Source: Chiloscyllium plagiosum (taxonomy: Eukaryota). Taken from it: a stretch of DNA of 64,000 bases. Below the pieces are notes generated by a model. The model did not search any database and was not told the origin of the DNA. It saw nothing but the letters and a program-made list of their open reading frames with translations. Shown here piece after piece: positions 1 to 10,979 of this stretch. The position numbers and the translations under genes were made by a program. The stretch's first letter is position 1; each line of letters starts with the position of its first letter. The stretch is taken from contig NW_025215226.1 in the NCBI RefSeq assembly GCF_004010195.1, forward strand, positions 6,938 through 70,937, in the 5' to 3' direction.

Positions 1-360
1 TAACCATCACGGCCTGACATACCTCCCACTTCACAATAACTTTCACAGCCTGGCATAGCCCCCACTGTACAGTGACCATCACGGCCTGACATACATCCCA
101 TTGTACATTAACCGTCACGGCCAGACATTACTCCAACTGTGCATCAACCATCACGGCCCGTCATATCTCCCACTGTACAGTAATCATCACAGCGCGACAT
201 ACCTCCCACTGTACAGTAACTGTCAATGCCCTACATACCTTCCACTTTACAGCAACTGTCACCGCCCGACATACCTCCCACTGTACACTAACCGTCATGG
301 CCCGACGTACCTCCGACTGTACAGCAACCGTCACCGCCCGACATATCTCCCACTCTACAG
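1..360. repeat. 36-bp minisatellite, ~10 diverged copies (continues off the left edge)
   Basis: Unit approx. TAACCATCACGGCCCGACATACCTCCCACTGTACAG. The 12-aa periodicity in ORF 101..409 (NxxxPTYLPLYS) reflects it. Confidence 0.95.
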
Positions 361-374
361 GAGCCATCAAGAGA

Positions 375-674
375 GGCACCGTGGCTCAGTGTTTAACACT
401 GCTACCTGACAGCGCCAAAGTCGTATGTTCGATTCTGGCCTTAGGCGACTGTCTGTTTGGAGTTTGCATACTGCCCACCCCCTCACCCCTTCCCATGTCT
501 GCGTGGGTTTCCTCCCACAGTCCAAAAATGTGCCAGCCAGATGTGTTGGCCATACTAGATTGTCAAGTGTTTTCGTCAGAGGGAAATGGATGTGGGTGGG
601 TTACTCTTAGGAGGGTTGATGTGGACTGGTTCGGCCGAAGGGCCTGTTTCCATGTTGTCAGGAATGTAATCTAC
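375..674 (+). mobile_element. tRNA-derived V-SINE (HE1-like shark SINE)
   Basis: A-box-like GTGGCTCAGTG and B-box-like GTTCGATTC, V-domain-like GGCGACTGTCTGTTTGGAGTTTGCA...TGTCTGCGTGGGTTTCCTCCCACAGTCCAAA, and 3' tail GGCCGAAGGGCCTGTTTCC shared with CR1 3' ends in this window. Confidence 0.88.
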
Positions 675-756
675 CTCCAAGGTTCAAGTCAGCAATATTA
701 TGCAATAATAACTTGGGTGAATGAGTGCAGCTCCAACAGTACTCTAGTAAGTACTA

Positions 757-1924
757 GCAACAGTCAACACAGTTGTGTTGGGAGGATCATATCTCACAAA
801 ATTGATTGATTAAATTGAGGAAGTAACAAAATTCTTTGATGAGGGCATCGGACTGGATGTTGACCGATTGGTCCTTAGGAAGGCCTTTGATATGGTTCCT
901 TCTGGCAGGCTCGTATAGAAGGTGAAGTGAATTGGGATCAGCAGTCAGTTAGTAAGATGGATAGAGAACTGCTTGGCCATAGAAGACAGAGTAGTGATGG
1001 AACAGCGATTTTGTGACTGGAGATCTGTAAATAAATTGGCGGATTTGCAGATTGTTAGGATGATTGCCTGAGAATACAGTAGGATATAGGTCAGCTGCAG
1101 ACTTGAACAGCGAAATCACAGATGTAACTTTATATGGACAGTTGTGAAGTGATGCGTTTTAGAAGGTCCATTGCAGGAGAGAAGTATAAAGTGGATGGAA
1201 AAACTACTGGCCGCATCAACATCCGAAGGCACCTTGGTGTATAGCTCCACGGTTCCCGGAAAGTGGCAACACGGTGGAAAGGGTGATCAAGAAGACTGAC
1301 GGCAAACTTGCAGACAGGCATCGGAGCATGTTGTATGAAAATTAACAGGTCATATTGCAGCTGTAGAGAAATTTAAATCGAGGTACATTTAGAATATTGT
1401 GTACAGTACTGGTTGCCACACGATGTTGAAAAGTTGGAGAGGGTACGGAAAAGTTTTACCAGGATGTTGTCTGGTTTGGAGGGTATAAACCAGAAGGAGA
1501 ATTTGAACACACATGGTTCTTTGCATCTGGGCATCATTGGCTATGGGGCTACCTGATAAATATTTAAAAAGTTATCAGAGGCATAGATACAAGGGCAGTA
1601 AGGGGCTTTTTTCCCCCGGGGTAGAATTATCAATTACTCAGGACCGTAGATTTTATGTAAAATGGAGAAAGTTCAGGAGATGTGATAGGTAAAGTTTTTT
1701 TGCTGTTCCAGACAGAATATGAAAGTGCCTGAAATGCACTGATAGAGGGGAAGAAGCCACTATAGCAAGGTTCAAAACAGATCTTGGCACAAGTATGAGG
1801 AAGTAGGGAATAGAATGACATAGAACGTATTGGAGCAAATACTTTTGTTTTAACTTTGGAATGACATCATGTGCCAGTGCGGGTTTGCTGGGATGAAGGG
1901 CCTGTTCCTGTGTTGGACTATTCC
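757..1924 (+). mobile_element. Decayed CR1 LINE, RT domain to 3' UTR
   Basis: Frameshifted remnants of GRSCLTNL..EEVTK..DEG..DV...KAFD.VP, CEVMxF and LERVxKxFTRMLxGL. Ends in GAAGGGCCTGTTCCTGTG. Confidence 0.88.
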
Positions 1925-2319
1925 TTAAGTCAAGATTTGAGCGCGGGAGTGGCGAAATGCTGACTGACCGATTACTGATGATCATCAACATTGTTGTGGA
2001 TCCCCGCCCATCAACTTGCAGCTTCTTATCCTCCCCCAATGTGGGGAAACTCAATATAGAGAATTTGACATGAAAGTCAGACCTGGTACCTGGTGACTCC
2101 ATCTCGCCGCTCGCTCCTGCAGACTTCTATCCTGGACATCAACGTCTCGGGGGACACAGCATGAACAGAAGCTGCATGTACTCCACACCCACGAATGCTG
2201 GCATCTGTTACATGCCAGCCTCAACATGCAATCCCAGCACATCTACTACGAACTGACAGTACGCTTCTGTACTTCAATGCTGCAGCGCAGGGTGCACTGA
2301 CAACTCTCAGTGCAATGCT

Positions 2320-2580
2320 GCTACAAGGACACTGTACTCAGGGATACACGCCCACCTCATGGACTGTCCCTCGGGGCAGCTCAATCTGTGTTTGCACACA
2401 CTAATACTGCGGCAAGTATACTGTGCTCAGGTACACACCCAGGTCATGGACTGTCTCTCTGGGCTTCTCACTCATTTTTTGTAAATACTCAATACCGCTG
2501 CAGGGACACTATGCTCAGGGACACACCCAGCTCATGGACTGTCCCTCTGGGCTGCTCAATCCGTTTCTGTACACACTCAC
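2320..2580. repeat. ~88-bp tandem repeat, 3 copies
   Basis: TCATGGACTGTC recurs at 2357, 2444 and 2532, with similar flanks (CTCAGG(G/T)A..ACAC). Confidence 0.85.
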
Positions 2581-3339
2581 TTTGAGCGGACGTGAATGCT
2601 CACAGAATTATTGCCTTGTCTTACCCTGCCCTCAACAGTGCTTCCCCTAAGTTCGAGCTACTATGCACACCCGCCTGCTGTATTGCCATGATGTTTAGCA
2701 CAGACACAAAACCAGAAACCTGAATATCATTGTCCACAGTCAGTCACGGTGCCCAACACACTCAGTCAAGGGAAGTCTCAGATCCCAGTGCGGGAGTTTG
2801 GATACAGTCAGTCAGCCACTCTTGGTTGTTAGGGTCAGATCCTTCCCCTGTGAGGGGGTGAGGAGCTGAATGTTGGGCTGTCTCATACCGCTCTTGGCTC
2901 TTTCTGCCCTATTGTGGGATAGTTCCACTTGGAATGAACGAATTATCAAGAGGTATTAGGGAGATGGAAGTGGGTGGTACAGCTGTTAGTGCTGGGACAG
3001 CTGAGAGAAAGAATGGGAGGTGTTCTGAGTGATTGAGCGGGCAGCACAGATACCAGGCAGAGCTGGCAAGCGGGACAGAGAAGAGGTTAGAGAGAAACCG
3101 AGAGAAGGTGCTGCATTCAGTGAGAGTAGGATAACATGGGTCTTGGTGGGAGGTGGGTGCAGTAACAGTGAGAGAGAGAGAGAGAGGGCAAGGTCACAAA
3201 GTGCAGATGATGGCACTTACCCTGGTCACTGACGTCGTTCCTACACTGTTGGGCGCTCACCCAGAAGGCTGGCACTTCAGTGGCTCACGGGTCAATCTCA
3301 GACAATCTAGCTGATCTCGTGTCATAGCTTTCCCTGCCA

Positions 3340-3672
3340 GTCATAGAGATATTCAGCATGGAAACAGACCCTTCGGTCCAACCCGTCCATGCTAACCAGG
3401 TATCCCAACCCAATCCAGTCCCACCTGGAGGCAGCCAGCCCTTATCCCTCCAAACTCTTCCTATTCATATACCCATCCAAATGCCTCTTTAATGTTGCAA
3501 TTGTACCAGCCTCCACCACATACTCTGGCAGCTCATTCCATACACGCACCGCCCTCTGTGTGAAAAGGTTGCCCCTTAGGTTTCTTTCATATCTTTCCCC
3601 TCTCACCCTAAACCTATGCCTACTGGTTCTGGACTCCCCGACCCCAGGGAAAAGACTTTGTCTATTTATCCT
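3340..3672 (-). mobile_element. CR1/HER1 LINE 3' end, 5'-truncated
   Basis: ORF 3442..3735 reads INRQSLFPGVGESRTSRHRFRVRGERYERNLRGNLFTQRAVRVWNELPE (CR1 ORF2 C-terminus). The tail GTCATAGAGAT..GGAAACAGACCCTTCGGTCC lies on its left. Confidence 0.93.
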
Positions 3673-3884
3673 GGAGGAAGATAATGTCCCTGTCCTGCAC
3701 CATGCCATCCACCAGAACCTCAGGGGCTCAGCCACAAAGTAGGACCCTCAGTTTAGTACCTTTCCCAATCCCTCTCACCAGCCCCCCCCTTCCCCGCCCA
3801 GGGCAGTTTCGGACGGTCAATCCAAGACTGCAATGACGTTTTTAAAATAGTATTGTAGCAGGGAATCTGGTGCATTCTGGGATA

Positions 3885-4485
3885 TCTGGGCAGTGGGCAG
3901 GTTTTATACCTATATCAAAGCGGAAAATACTCATTGGGCTCGTACCAGATGAAAGAAGGGACGAAGGTGCAGGGCAGGTAGTTAATGAGGCAGATTCAGG
4001 ATGTTGTTATTATGAGAACATTCATTTAGACTTGCGGAGGCAAACCCACCATGAAACTGACAGAAATGAAATTGGCCAAGTCAAAAGATTCAGGCCCTCG
4101 TTTTGTGCAGATTTTGTCGTGCAAAGTATTGGAAGTTATAAAGAGAGAGAGGACTTATAAAAGAGATTCACACCCTTAAAAGAAGCTGGGGAGAAAAATC
4201 CCCTGCCATGTTTGTTTATTGTTCATCATTTTCGGTTCCTCACCGAATAGAGGCAAATTATCAGAGACCTGCTGATATTGTAGCTTAGTTTATTACGAAA
4301 CAAGGGGCGGACTTAATACTTATAGATCGGAATTCAACAAGTCACGAAGAATAGACCATTAGAAAATCGCAAAGAAATCCAGGACTGTCAGCCTGAATTT
4401 CTGCAGGGAAAGCTGTATGTAATTAATCTGGCTGTTTGGTTTTCATGCAGAGACTCGTACATTTAATGTGACTTACTTGATTTGA
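3885..4485 (+). mobile_element. Ancient CR1 ORF2 fragment (linker and RT start)
   Basis: Very degenerate FYTYIK..., IHxLKE, and Q.EF..GK.C..NL-like (SQHGF..GKSC.TNL) motifs in the expected order. Confidence 0.55.
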
Positions 4486-4595
4486 ATGAGGGAGCACCAA
4501 ACAGTCTGCTTAAAAATGGAGCTTTGAGCTCCAGTTGAATGTACCAAGCAACTGGAGAAGTGCAAGTCAAGTCATTTAGGGACAGCAATCAAAGT

Positions 4596-4665
4596 GTGTG
4601 ATGTGGGAAAAGCACAGCAGGTCAGGTAGCATCAGAGTGCCAGGAGAAATGACATTTCGAGCATG
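4596..4665 (-). mobile_element. Short fragment resembling a Penelope-like terminal repeat
   Basis: Reverse complement ...TCGAAATGTCATTTCTCCTG...GATGCTACCTGACCTGCTGTGCTTTTCC resembles the end of the element at 63250-63275 and my recollection of shark PLE termini. Confidence 0.5.
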
Positions 4666-4669
4666 TTGC

Positions 4670-5010
4670 TCTCTTGGAGGTGGTACAGAAGAGATTTGTT
4701 ATCCTGGAAAAGTGATAATGCAGTTATGAGGAAAGGTTGAAGTGGAGGATGCTGAGAGGAGATTTTATTAACCTGCACATGTTGTCAAGTGCCTGGATAG
4801 AGAGGGAGAGGCTGTCTTGTTCTTATTGGAGAGCTCAGTTACCAGCAGAAAATATTTAATGTAATTGGTTGAAAAATTAGAGAAGTGGTGAGGAAAGTTG
4901 TTACTTCACCCAGAGTAAGAAAGGGATCTGGGAGTCATGCATGGAAGCAGAGTCGAGTCAGAAACTCTGAAAAATTTTAATAACGTGCCTAGATCTGAAC
5001 CTGAAGTCCT
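4670..5010 (+). mobile_element. Ancient CR1 3' fragment
   Basis: Remnants of LExVQKRF, YEERL, RxLRGDF and FTQR...W. Confidence 0.7.
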
Positions 5011-5242
5011 ACGGTCTCTGTGAAATCATAACTTTTTTTTTGAAAGGATGAAGCTGGGTGGCACCTTCTTTTTAATCAGGGCATACAATTTTGAGAGTAA
5101 TCGATGTTGTAGAAATTTCTGATATTTGGACAATATCTAGAGAATCAATGCAAAGGGATCAGGGAGAGGACAGAGAGGAGTAGTGTGTAAATTGATTAGC
5201 ATCACAAAAATACTGATCCCAGCCTTTATATACAATGATGCG

Positions 5243-6730
5243 TCACTGTGGTGGCCTTTTTCTTCTTCTTGTATAAATGCTGAAAGCCTTTGATTGTTCG
5301 GTTCTCAGTCTTGGTCACACTGCAGCCATATCTGTCTTGTTTCATTCTATTTGTTCGACTGTTCCATTGACCTTGTTGAACAAAAACAGGAAGGAATTTG
5401 GAGATGATACCAAGTACCAGAAACCATGATGAATGTAAATTTGGGAAACGTTTACTGAGATAGGAAGGCGTGCGAAGACAGTGAGATATTACAGAGATAT
5501 GGATTGTTCTAGGGGCTGAAGGACATTACAAGGACAAAGATAGTTTTAGGTTTTGGTTGAAGTGAAAAGTGAGCTGGAACAGCGAGATCAATATTTTGTC
5601 TACCGTAAACTTACAAAGAGAAACTCTCCACAAAAACGTGATGAAAATTATATCCGTGTCTGTCTGTATCAGAAAAAAAATACAACGGATGTGGGAGATG
5701 GTGAGAGAGCTGGGTGGTATTGTGAGAAGTGGTTAAGGCACACAAGGCCTACAGATAGAGCCCACACTGTGACAGATAAACTGATCTGTCCTACCATAGA
5801 GATTCGGGTCAATGATGCAGACTGAATTCACACCAGATGAAACACGTTTTGTTCTCATAAAATTATTTACAATTGCAACATTTCAGGAAGTGAGAATTTA
5901 GTCTTATCTGAGGCTCTGTTGAGTTGATCCTGGTCAAGGATTCCTACCTGGCAATTGTTGTCTTTCAGCAGTCATTCTGTTGTAACAATGTCAGTTTGGA
6001 ATCACATGCAGATATGGATACAGAATAGCTAAATACATTCAGCACTGAACAAGCCCAGCGCATTAGGCATTTATAGCTACTCGCATCCATTCTGAAAAGG
6101 AGTCGCATAATCAGATCAGGAAAATCCCATGCTTCCTGCCTTGCCTGAATATTGACAGCTGATCTCACCTATCCTGGAACTGGTCTCCCAAATACGATTT
6201 GGAAGTTTACAGACTTTGTAGGGTCAGCTGCTCGCTCCTATTACAGTATAGTATCCCACAGTTAGAACAGGCAGATCCCAAACTCAATAATAGGCCCATA
6301 CATTTTCAGTTTAATAGCATGTTTCTTCTTCAAACTATAGCCAAACAGGCAAACCACAGATTATTTTCTCTGTGCCTACAAACACAGTCTCTTTGATATC
6401 CCTCATGTTCTGTCACCCTTCCCATCTCTGTAAATCCTCTGATTTCTACAAACAGTCATATGTTTATGACATTCTCCAAACACAAAATCTACCCTACTCC
6501 CGAAAAACCATTCCTCATCCTGCAGAAGATCACAGACATACAGGCAGATTAAGTTTGTGAATTAGAGATAGTAAGGACGTTATAGGTAAAGGGTTTAAGA
6601 TAGAGAGCTTGCAGAAGACAAAAGAAAACCTTATCTGGCACTGCAGGAGATTAATAAGATGAGATTCTCCTGAAAAGAATGTGACTTTTATTGAAAGATT
6701 TCATAGAGAGGAGTTGGAGGAATTTCAGAG
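5243..6730 (-). pseudogene. Decayed multi-exon Ser/Thr protein kinase relic, NEK1/4/5-like
   Basis: GT-AG-bounded segments 6237-6169 (69 nt), 6091-5948 (144 nt, after a 77-nt intron), 5663-5615 (donor GTAAGT) and from 5371. With frameshifts they give, in kinase order: QLLSMK..N, SFQEN, DPTKSVNFQ (cf. DLxKxINxQ), W......A*, MYLAI (cf. LHRDI), N* (cf. DG), DC* (cf. DFG), IAR, LSME (cf. LSPE), NK*N..NKTD.W and E..TIK.F. All frames contain stops. Confidence 0.5.
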
Positions 6731-6734
6731 ACAG

Positions 6735-7375
6735 TGAGATTTGAAGGTGCTAATGAAGATTCGAGATACACAGAGGGTTCTTCTGATTTGGTGGAGATTA
6801 AGGAGATAAGGAGAGCTGGAGGGGTTTCCAAAGATAGGGTGGGAATTAGAATGTGGACGCTGCAGAGATAGGGAGCTGTGTCGGGACAGACGGTGGTTAC
6901 AGAATCGGGAGTGCTGTAGGGACTACAGGATTTTACACAGCAGATTACACATTGGAGCATGTTAGACAACAGGGAAAATTGTAGGGACTTGAGGAAGTTT
7001 AACAGATGGGCAGAGTTGTAAGAGACGGAGAAAGGTGCACTGAATAATGAACAGTATATTGGCCGGTGGAGATTATGGCGATCATGAGATTTGTCAGGCG
7101 GGAGGGAATTAGTAACATTGATAGACATTGATTGCGTGAGCTGGAGGAGATTGTAAAGATTACGAGCTTTCTATGTATCGGAGTAATTACAGACAAAGGG
7201 AAAGCTGTCAGGCCTTGAGATTTATTAGATAGGGAGAGAGCATTTAGAGGAGATTGCAGAGAAGGGAGGTTTATAAAATGGCCTGTATGAGTTACAGAGA
7301 TAAGGAGAGGTGCTTTGACTGACAGAGGTTTCAGAGGTAAAAAATCATTGCACGGGATCAATGAAGTTATGGAGA
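6735..7375. repeat. Old degenerate purine-rich tandem repeat
   Basis: Recurring diverged motif (T)TACAGAGATAGGGA...GGAGGA, with a further trace at 5455-5550. Confidence 0.55.
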
Positions 7376-7429
7376 CACAGTATTATTAGAATTGGAGAAC
7401 TCTGGAGACATTGCACCCATCCACACAGA

Positions 7430-8445
7430 AATCTTAAGGCAAGAAGGGTGTCATTTGACCCATGATGTTTGCACGAACTCTTCATCTGAGTTCATTACAG
7501 AATAGTGATCTCCTGCTTTCCCCCATACCATAACACATTTTTTTTACTCGCAATAATCATCTAATCCCCTCTTGAACATTTCCATTGAACATCCATTTAC
7601 AACACATCCAAGTGTATCCTAACTACTCGCCAAGTGAAAAGGTTCTTACTTCTGTCATAGTTCTCCTGTTGTACGTATCCTGAAATCTGTGTCCTTTCGT
7701 TTTGTAAGTGGGTACATTTTTATCCAATCTAATCTATTCAGTCTGCCTATGAGTTTGAAAAAATGCATCCGATCTCCTCTTAGCCACCTTCACTTCAGTG
7801 AGAACAGTTGCAACAGTCTGACTTCATAACTGGTCTTACTCATTCCTGGAAATATTATTTTCGATCAGTACTTCATCATTTCCAATGTGTTCATATCCGT
7901 CCGATCATTTGACACAGTTGAAGTCGAATGTGTTTGATGCAAGTTCAACATCACCTCGTTACTCTTGAACTGTCAGTATTTATAAAGAAAGGAACACTGT
8001 ATGCTTTGCCTATGTTTAATGTCCTACAAACTTCAATGGTCTTTGCACATCCTGTGCGTCTGTATTCCTGCCTATTTTATGTTGTCTTTTAATATTCGTG
8101 CTGGAAATTTGCATTGTCTCATGTTTCAATGTGCCAAACCTCATCAATCACCTCTCTACTGTTTCTAAGAAGTTGGTAATGTAAGTTTAGAGTTCTATAG
8201 TGTTTTCTTCACAGTTTACAATTTCTTTAAGTGCTGTGTCAACTGTAAACTTTGAATGGGTCCCTGCACACCAGATGTACATCGTTCATACATATCAAAA
8301 TGAATGAGGTCCCCAAAACTGAATCCTGCAGAACTTTACAGAAAATCTTTCTCCAGCCTGAATTAAAAATCTAGTGACCATTCCTCTCGATTTCCTACCA
8401 ATCAGTCAATTTTGTATCAAGATTGATACAGTCCCTTTTATTCCA
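7430..8445 (-). mobile_element. Ancient CR1 LINE, RT to 3' end
   Basis: Reverse strand gives remnants of V.Q.SVLG, KF.VDT (cf. KFADDT) and LRGD. Layout matches the younger minus-strand CR1 copies. Confidence 0.75.
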
Positions 8446-8529
8446 TGAATGAATGAATGAGTTAATGTCACATATATCGAGGGAAAAACAGTGAAAGACG
8501 TTTGTTGCCTGTGCCACAAAGATATTCCT

Positions 8530-9420
8530 CATCAATTTTGTACCTTTCTAGTGACAGTGTTTCCTCCTCTGTCACCATGGCCTGGATGGATTCGGCCACT
8601 TTGGTAAAGACAGAGATGAAGTATTCATCTCACACCCAGCCATTCCCCTTCTTCTCAGTATAAATTCTCTTTCAAGTGTTGAACCAGCCTTACTCCACCT
8701 TTTCGCACGCTCCCCTAAATGTGTGACAACTTTATGTTGGCTCTCCGTTTCCTCATAAATCCCTCCCTCTACCATCTCCACCCTAAACCTTCAGTATTTC
8801 TCCTGGTTCACAATTCTTTTCTCTATATGTCATCTATTCAATTGTTCTTCTTCACCTTAACCTTTTGCTCCACTGTCACCGAGGCAGCATTGGATTTGTT
8901 TACCCTCCCTCTCCTGTGTGAGGAACATTTTCTCCAACGGAGCCAAGCCATTGAAGGGAGCCCATTGTTCAATTTTTCTTTTTCTGACAAACTTGGTGTT
9001 CCGGTCATACCTTCCCAGATTCATTATTGCCCCAGTGAAGGCAGCTCCCAGTCCATTGATTTTTCTCAAGCTCAGACAATGCATAGTATTCTCTACCATC
9101 ATTCTGGACGTTACAATAAAATGATCATCATGCCTGAAAACGTTCCCGCCTGATACTGGATCCAATTTCCCCACCTCTTTTCCAAGGTTCAACAGTACAT
9201 GGTGTCTTGGGGTGGTCACATTCTCCTGCAGTAAGCTCTCCTCCATGCAATCCGTCACAGCCCAGACACGGTCAGTATCCCAGTCTGTATCTGTATAATG
9301 CAAGTTTCTCAACACTATCACGTTGCCATCTCTGTACACCTTTCACTAGTTGGTGGACTACAGACGGTCCCTCACAGCGTAACTTAATAATTTTTGTTCA
9401 ATAGCTCCAGACAAATTCAT
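8530..9420 (-). mobile_element. Ancient CR1 APE-endonuclease C-terminus and linker fragment
   Basis: ORF 8857..9339 (VIVLRNLHY..TDWD...LQENVTTP...VSGGNVFRHDDH) parallels VVIMGDFNFP...FLTQYVERPT...GEHLDDSDH of the younger CR1 at 12.3-12.8 kb. Confidence 0.7.
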
Positions 9421-9493
9421 TCTGAACTTGGAAGTATCCACTTTCTCATACACTTATTTACTAACAATATATTGAACCAGTGCTTCTACACTT

Positions 9494-10158
9494 CATAGAA
9501 CATAGAACAGTATAGCACAGAACAGGCCCTTCAGCCTAAAATATTGTGCCGACCATTTATCCTCATGTAAGGTAAACCTAATGTAGGAACCTTCAAATTT
9601 CTGTGGCCAAATGCATGTCCAGCAGTCTCTTAAATATCCCCAATGACCTCGCTTCCACAACTGCTGCTGGCAACGCATTCCATGCTCTCACAACTCTCTG
9701 CATAAAGAACCCGCCTCTGACATCCCCTCTATACTTTCCACCAAACAGCTCAAAACTATGACCCCAGGTATTAACAATTTCTGTCCTGGGAAACAATCTC
9801 TGGCTATCAACTCTATCTATGCCTCTCATTATCTTATACATCTCAATTAGGTCCCCTCTCTTCCTTCTTGTTTCGATTGAAAAAAGTCCGAGCTCAGTCA
9901 ACCTCTCTTTGTTAGATAAGCCCTCCATTCCAGGCAGCATCCTGGTAAACCTCTTCTGAACCCTCTCCAAAGCATCCACATCTTTCATATAATACAGCGA
10001 CCAGAATCGGACACAGTATTCCAAGTGCGGTCTAACCAAAGTTTTATAGAGCTGCAACAAGATCTCATGGCTCTTAAAATCAATCCCCCTGTTAATGAAA
10101 GCCAAAGCACCATCTGCTTTCTTAACAACCCTGTCCACCTGGGTGGCGATTTTAAGGA
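9494..10158 (-). mobile_element. CR1 LINE copy A, 3' part
   Basis: ORF 9593..10138 LYKTLVRPHLEYCVRFWS...LERVQKRFTRMLPG...QRVVRAWNALP. (CATAGAA)n tail at 9494. Confidence 0.96.
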
Positions 10159-10979
10159 AGAATGTGTCAGGTTACAGCAGGATATAGATAAGCTGCAGAA
10201 AGGTGGCAAATGGAGTTCAATGTAGGCAAGTGTGAGGTGATTCACTTTGGTAAGAGTAACAAAAAGATGGGGTACTGGGCTAATGGTCGGACACTTGGTA
10301 GTGTGGATGAGCAGAGGGAGCTTGGTGTCCATGTACACAGATCTCTGAAAGTTGCCACCCAGGTAAATAGTGCAGTGAGGAAGGCATATGGCGTACTGGC
10401 TTTTATTGGAAGAGGAATTGAGTTCCGGAGTACTGAGGTAATGTTGCAGTTGTATAAGACTCTGGTGCAGCCACATCTGGAGTCGCCATACTATAGGAAG
10501 GATATGGAGGCACTGGAACGGGTGCAGAGGAGTTTTACCAGGATGTTGCCTGGTATGGTAGGAAGATTGTATGAGGAAAGTCTGAGGCACTTGGGGCTGT
10601 TTTCATTGGAAAAAAGAAGGCTTAGGGGTGACTTTATAGAGGTGTACAAGATGATTAGGGGTTTAGATAGGGTTGACCATGAGAACCTTTTCCCACGTAT
10701 GGAGTCAGCTATTACGAGAGGGCATAGCTTTAAATTAAGGGGAGGTAGGTATAGGACAGATGTTAGGGGCAGATTCTTAACTCAGCGAGTCGTGAGTTCA
10801 TGGAATGCCCTGCCAGTAGCAGTGGTGGACTTTCCCTCCTTATGGGCATTTAAACGGGCATTGGATAGGCATATGGAGGATCGTGGGCTAGTGTAGGTTA
10901 GGTGAGCTTGGATCGGCGCAACATCGAGGGCCAAAGGGCCTGTACTGCGCTGTATTTTTCTATGTTCTATGTTCTATGT
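10159..10979 (+). mobile_element. Young 5'-truncated CR1 LINE copy B inserted antisense into copy A
   Basis: 228-aa open frame 10210..10896 (MEFNVGKCEVIHFG...WNALP), ending in a (TTCTATG)3 tail. Confidence 0.96.

Noticed and set aside
1..360. CRISPR-like array (36-bp periodicity; also the 35-, 70- and 71-bp arrays)
   Set aside because: Units are contiguous with no unique spacers, there are no cas genes, and the context is vertebrate.
375..450. tRNA gene (also at 12960-13010)
   Set aside because: A/B-box-like head continues into the SINE core and LINE-derived tail, and no full cloverleaf is evident.
1653..2242. ORFs across the CR1 tail and adjacent unique DNA
   Set aside because: No recognisable domain, and part is antisense LINE 3' sequence.
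3208..3240. Minus-strand donor GG|GTAAGT with nearby TGACGTC CRE-like site
   Set aside because: Isolated short motifs expected by chance, with no supporting exon or promoter context.
5243..6237. IFN-gamma, IL-10-family or IL-4-like cytokine reading (69- and 144-nt exons, short intron, terminal RRRKR, CxV......TIxxF)
   Set aside because: The phase-0 reading has many stops, no convincing signal-peptide exon and no intact cytokine signature. Kinase motifs fit in more places and in order. Not fully excluded without a search.
8857..9339. 160-aa ORF as a novel gene
   Set aside because: Matches the decayed CR1 endonuclease C-terminus seen in the younger CR1 nearby.
10210..10896. Active retrotransposon gene
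   Set aside because: Only the ORF2 C-terminal part is present. It is 5'-truncated and lacks the RT catalytic core and endonuclease.
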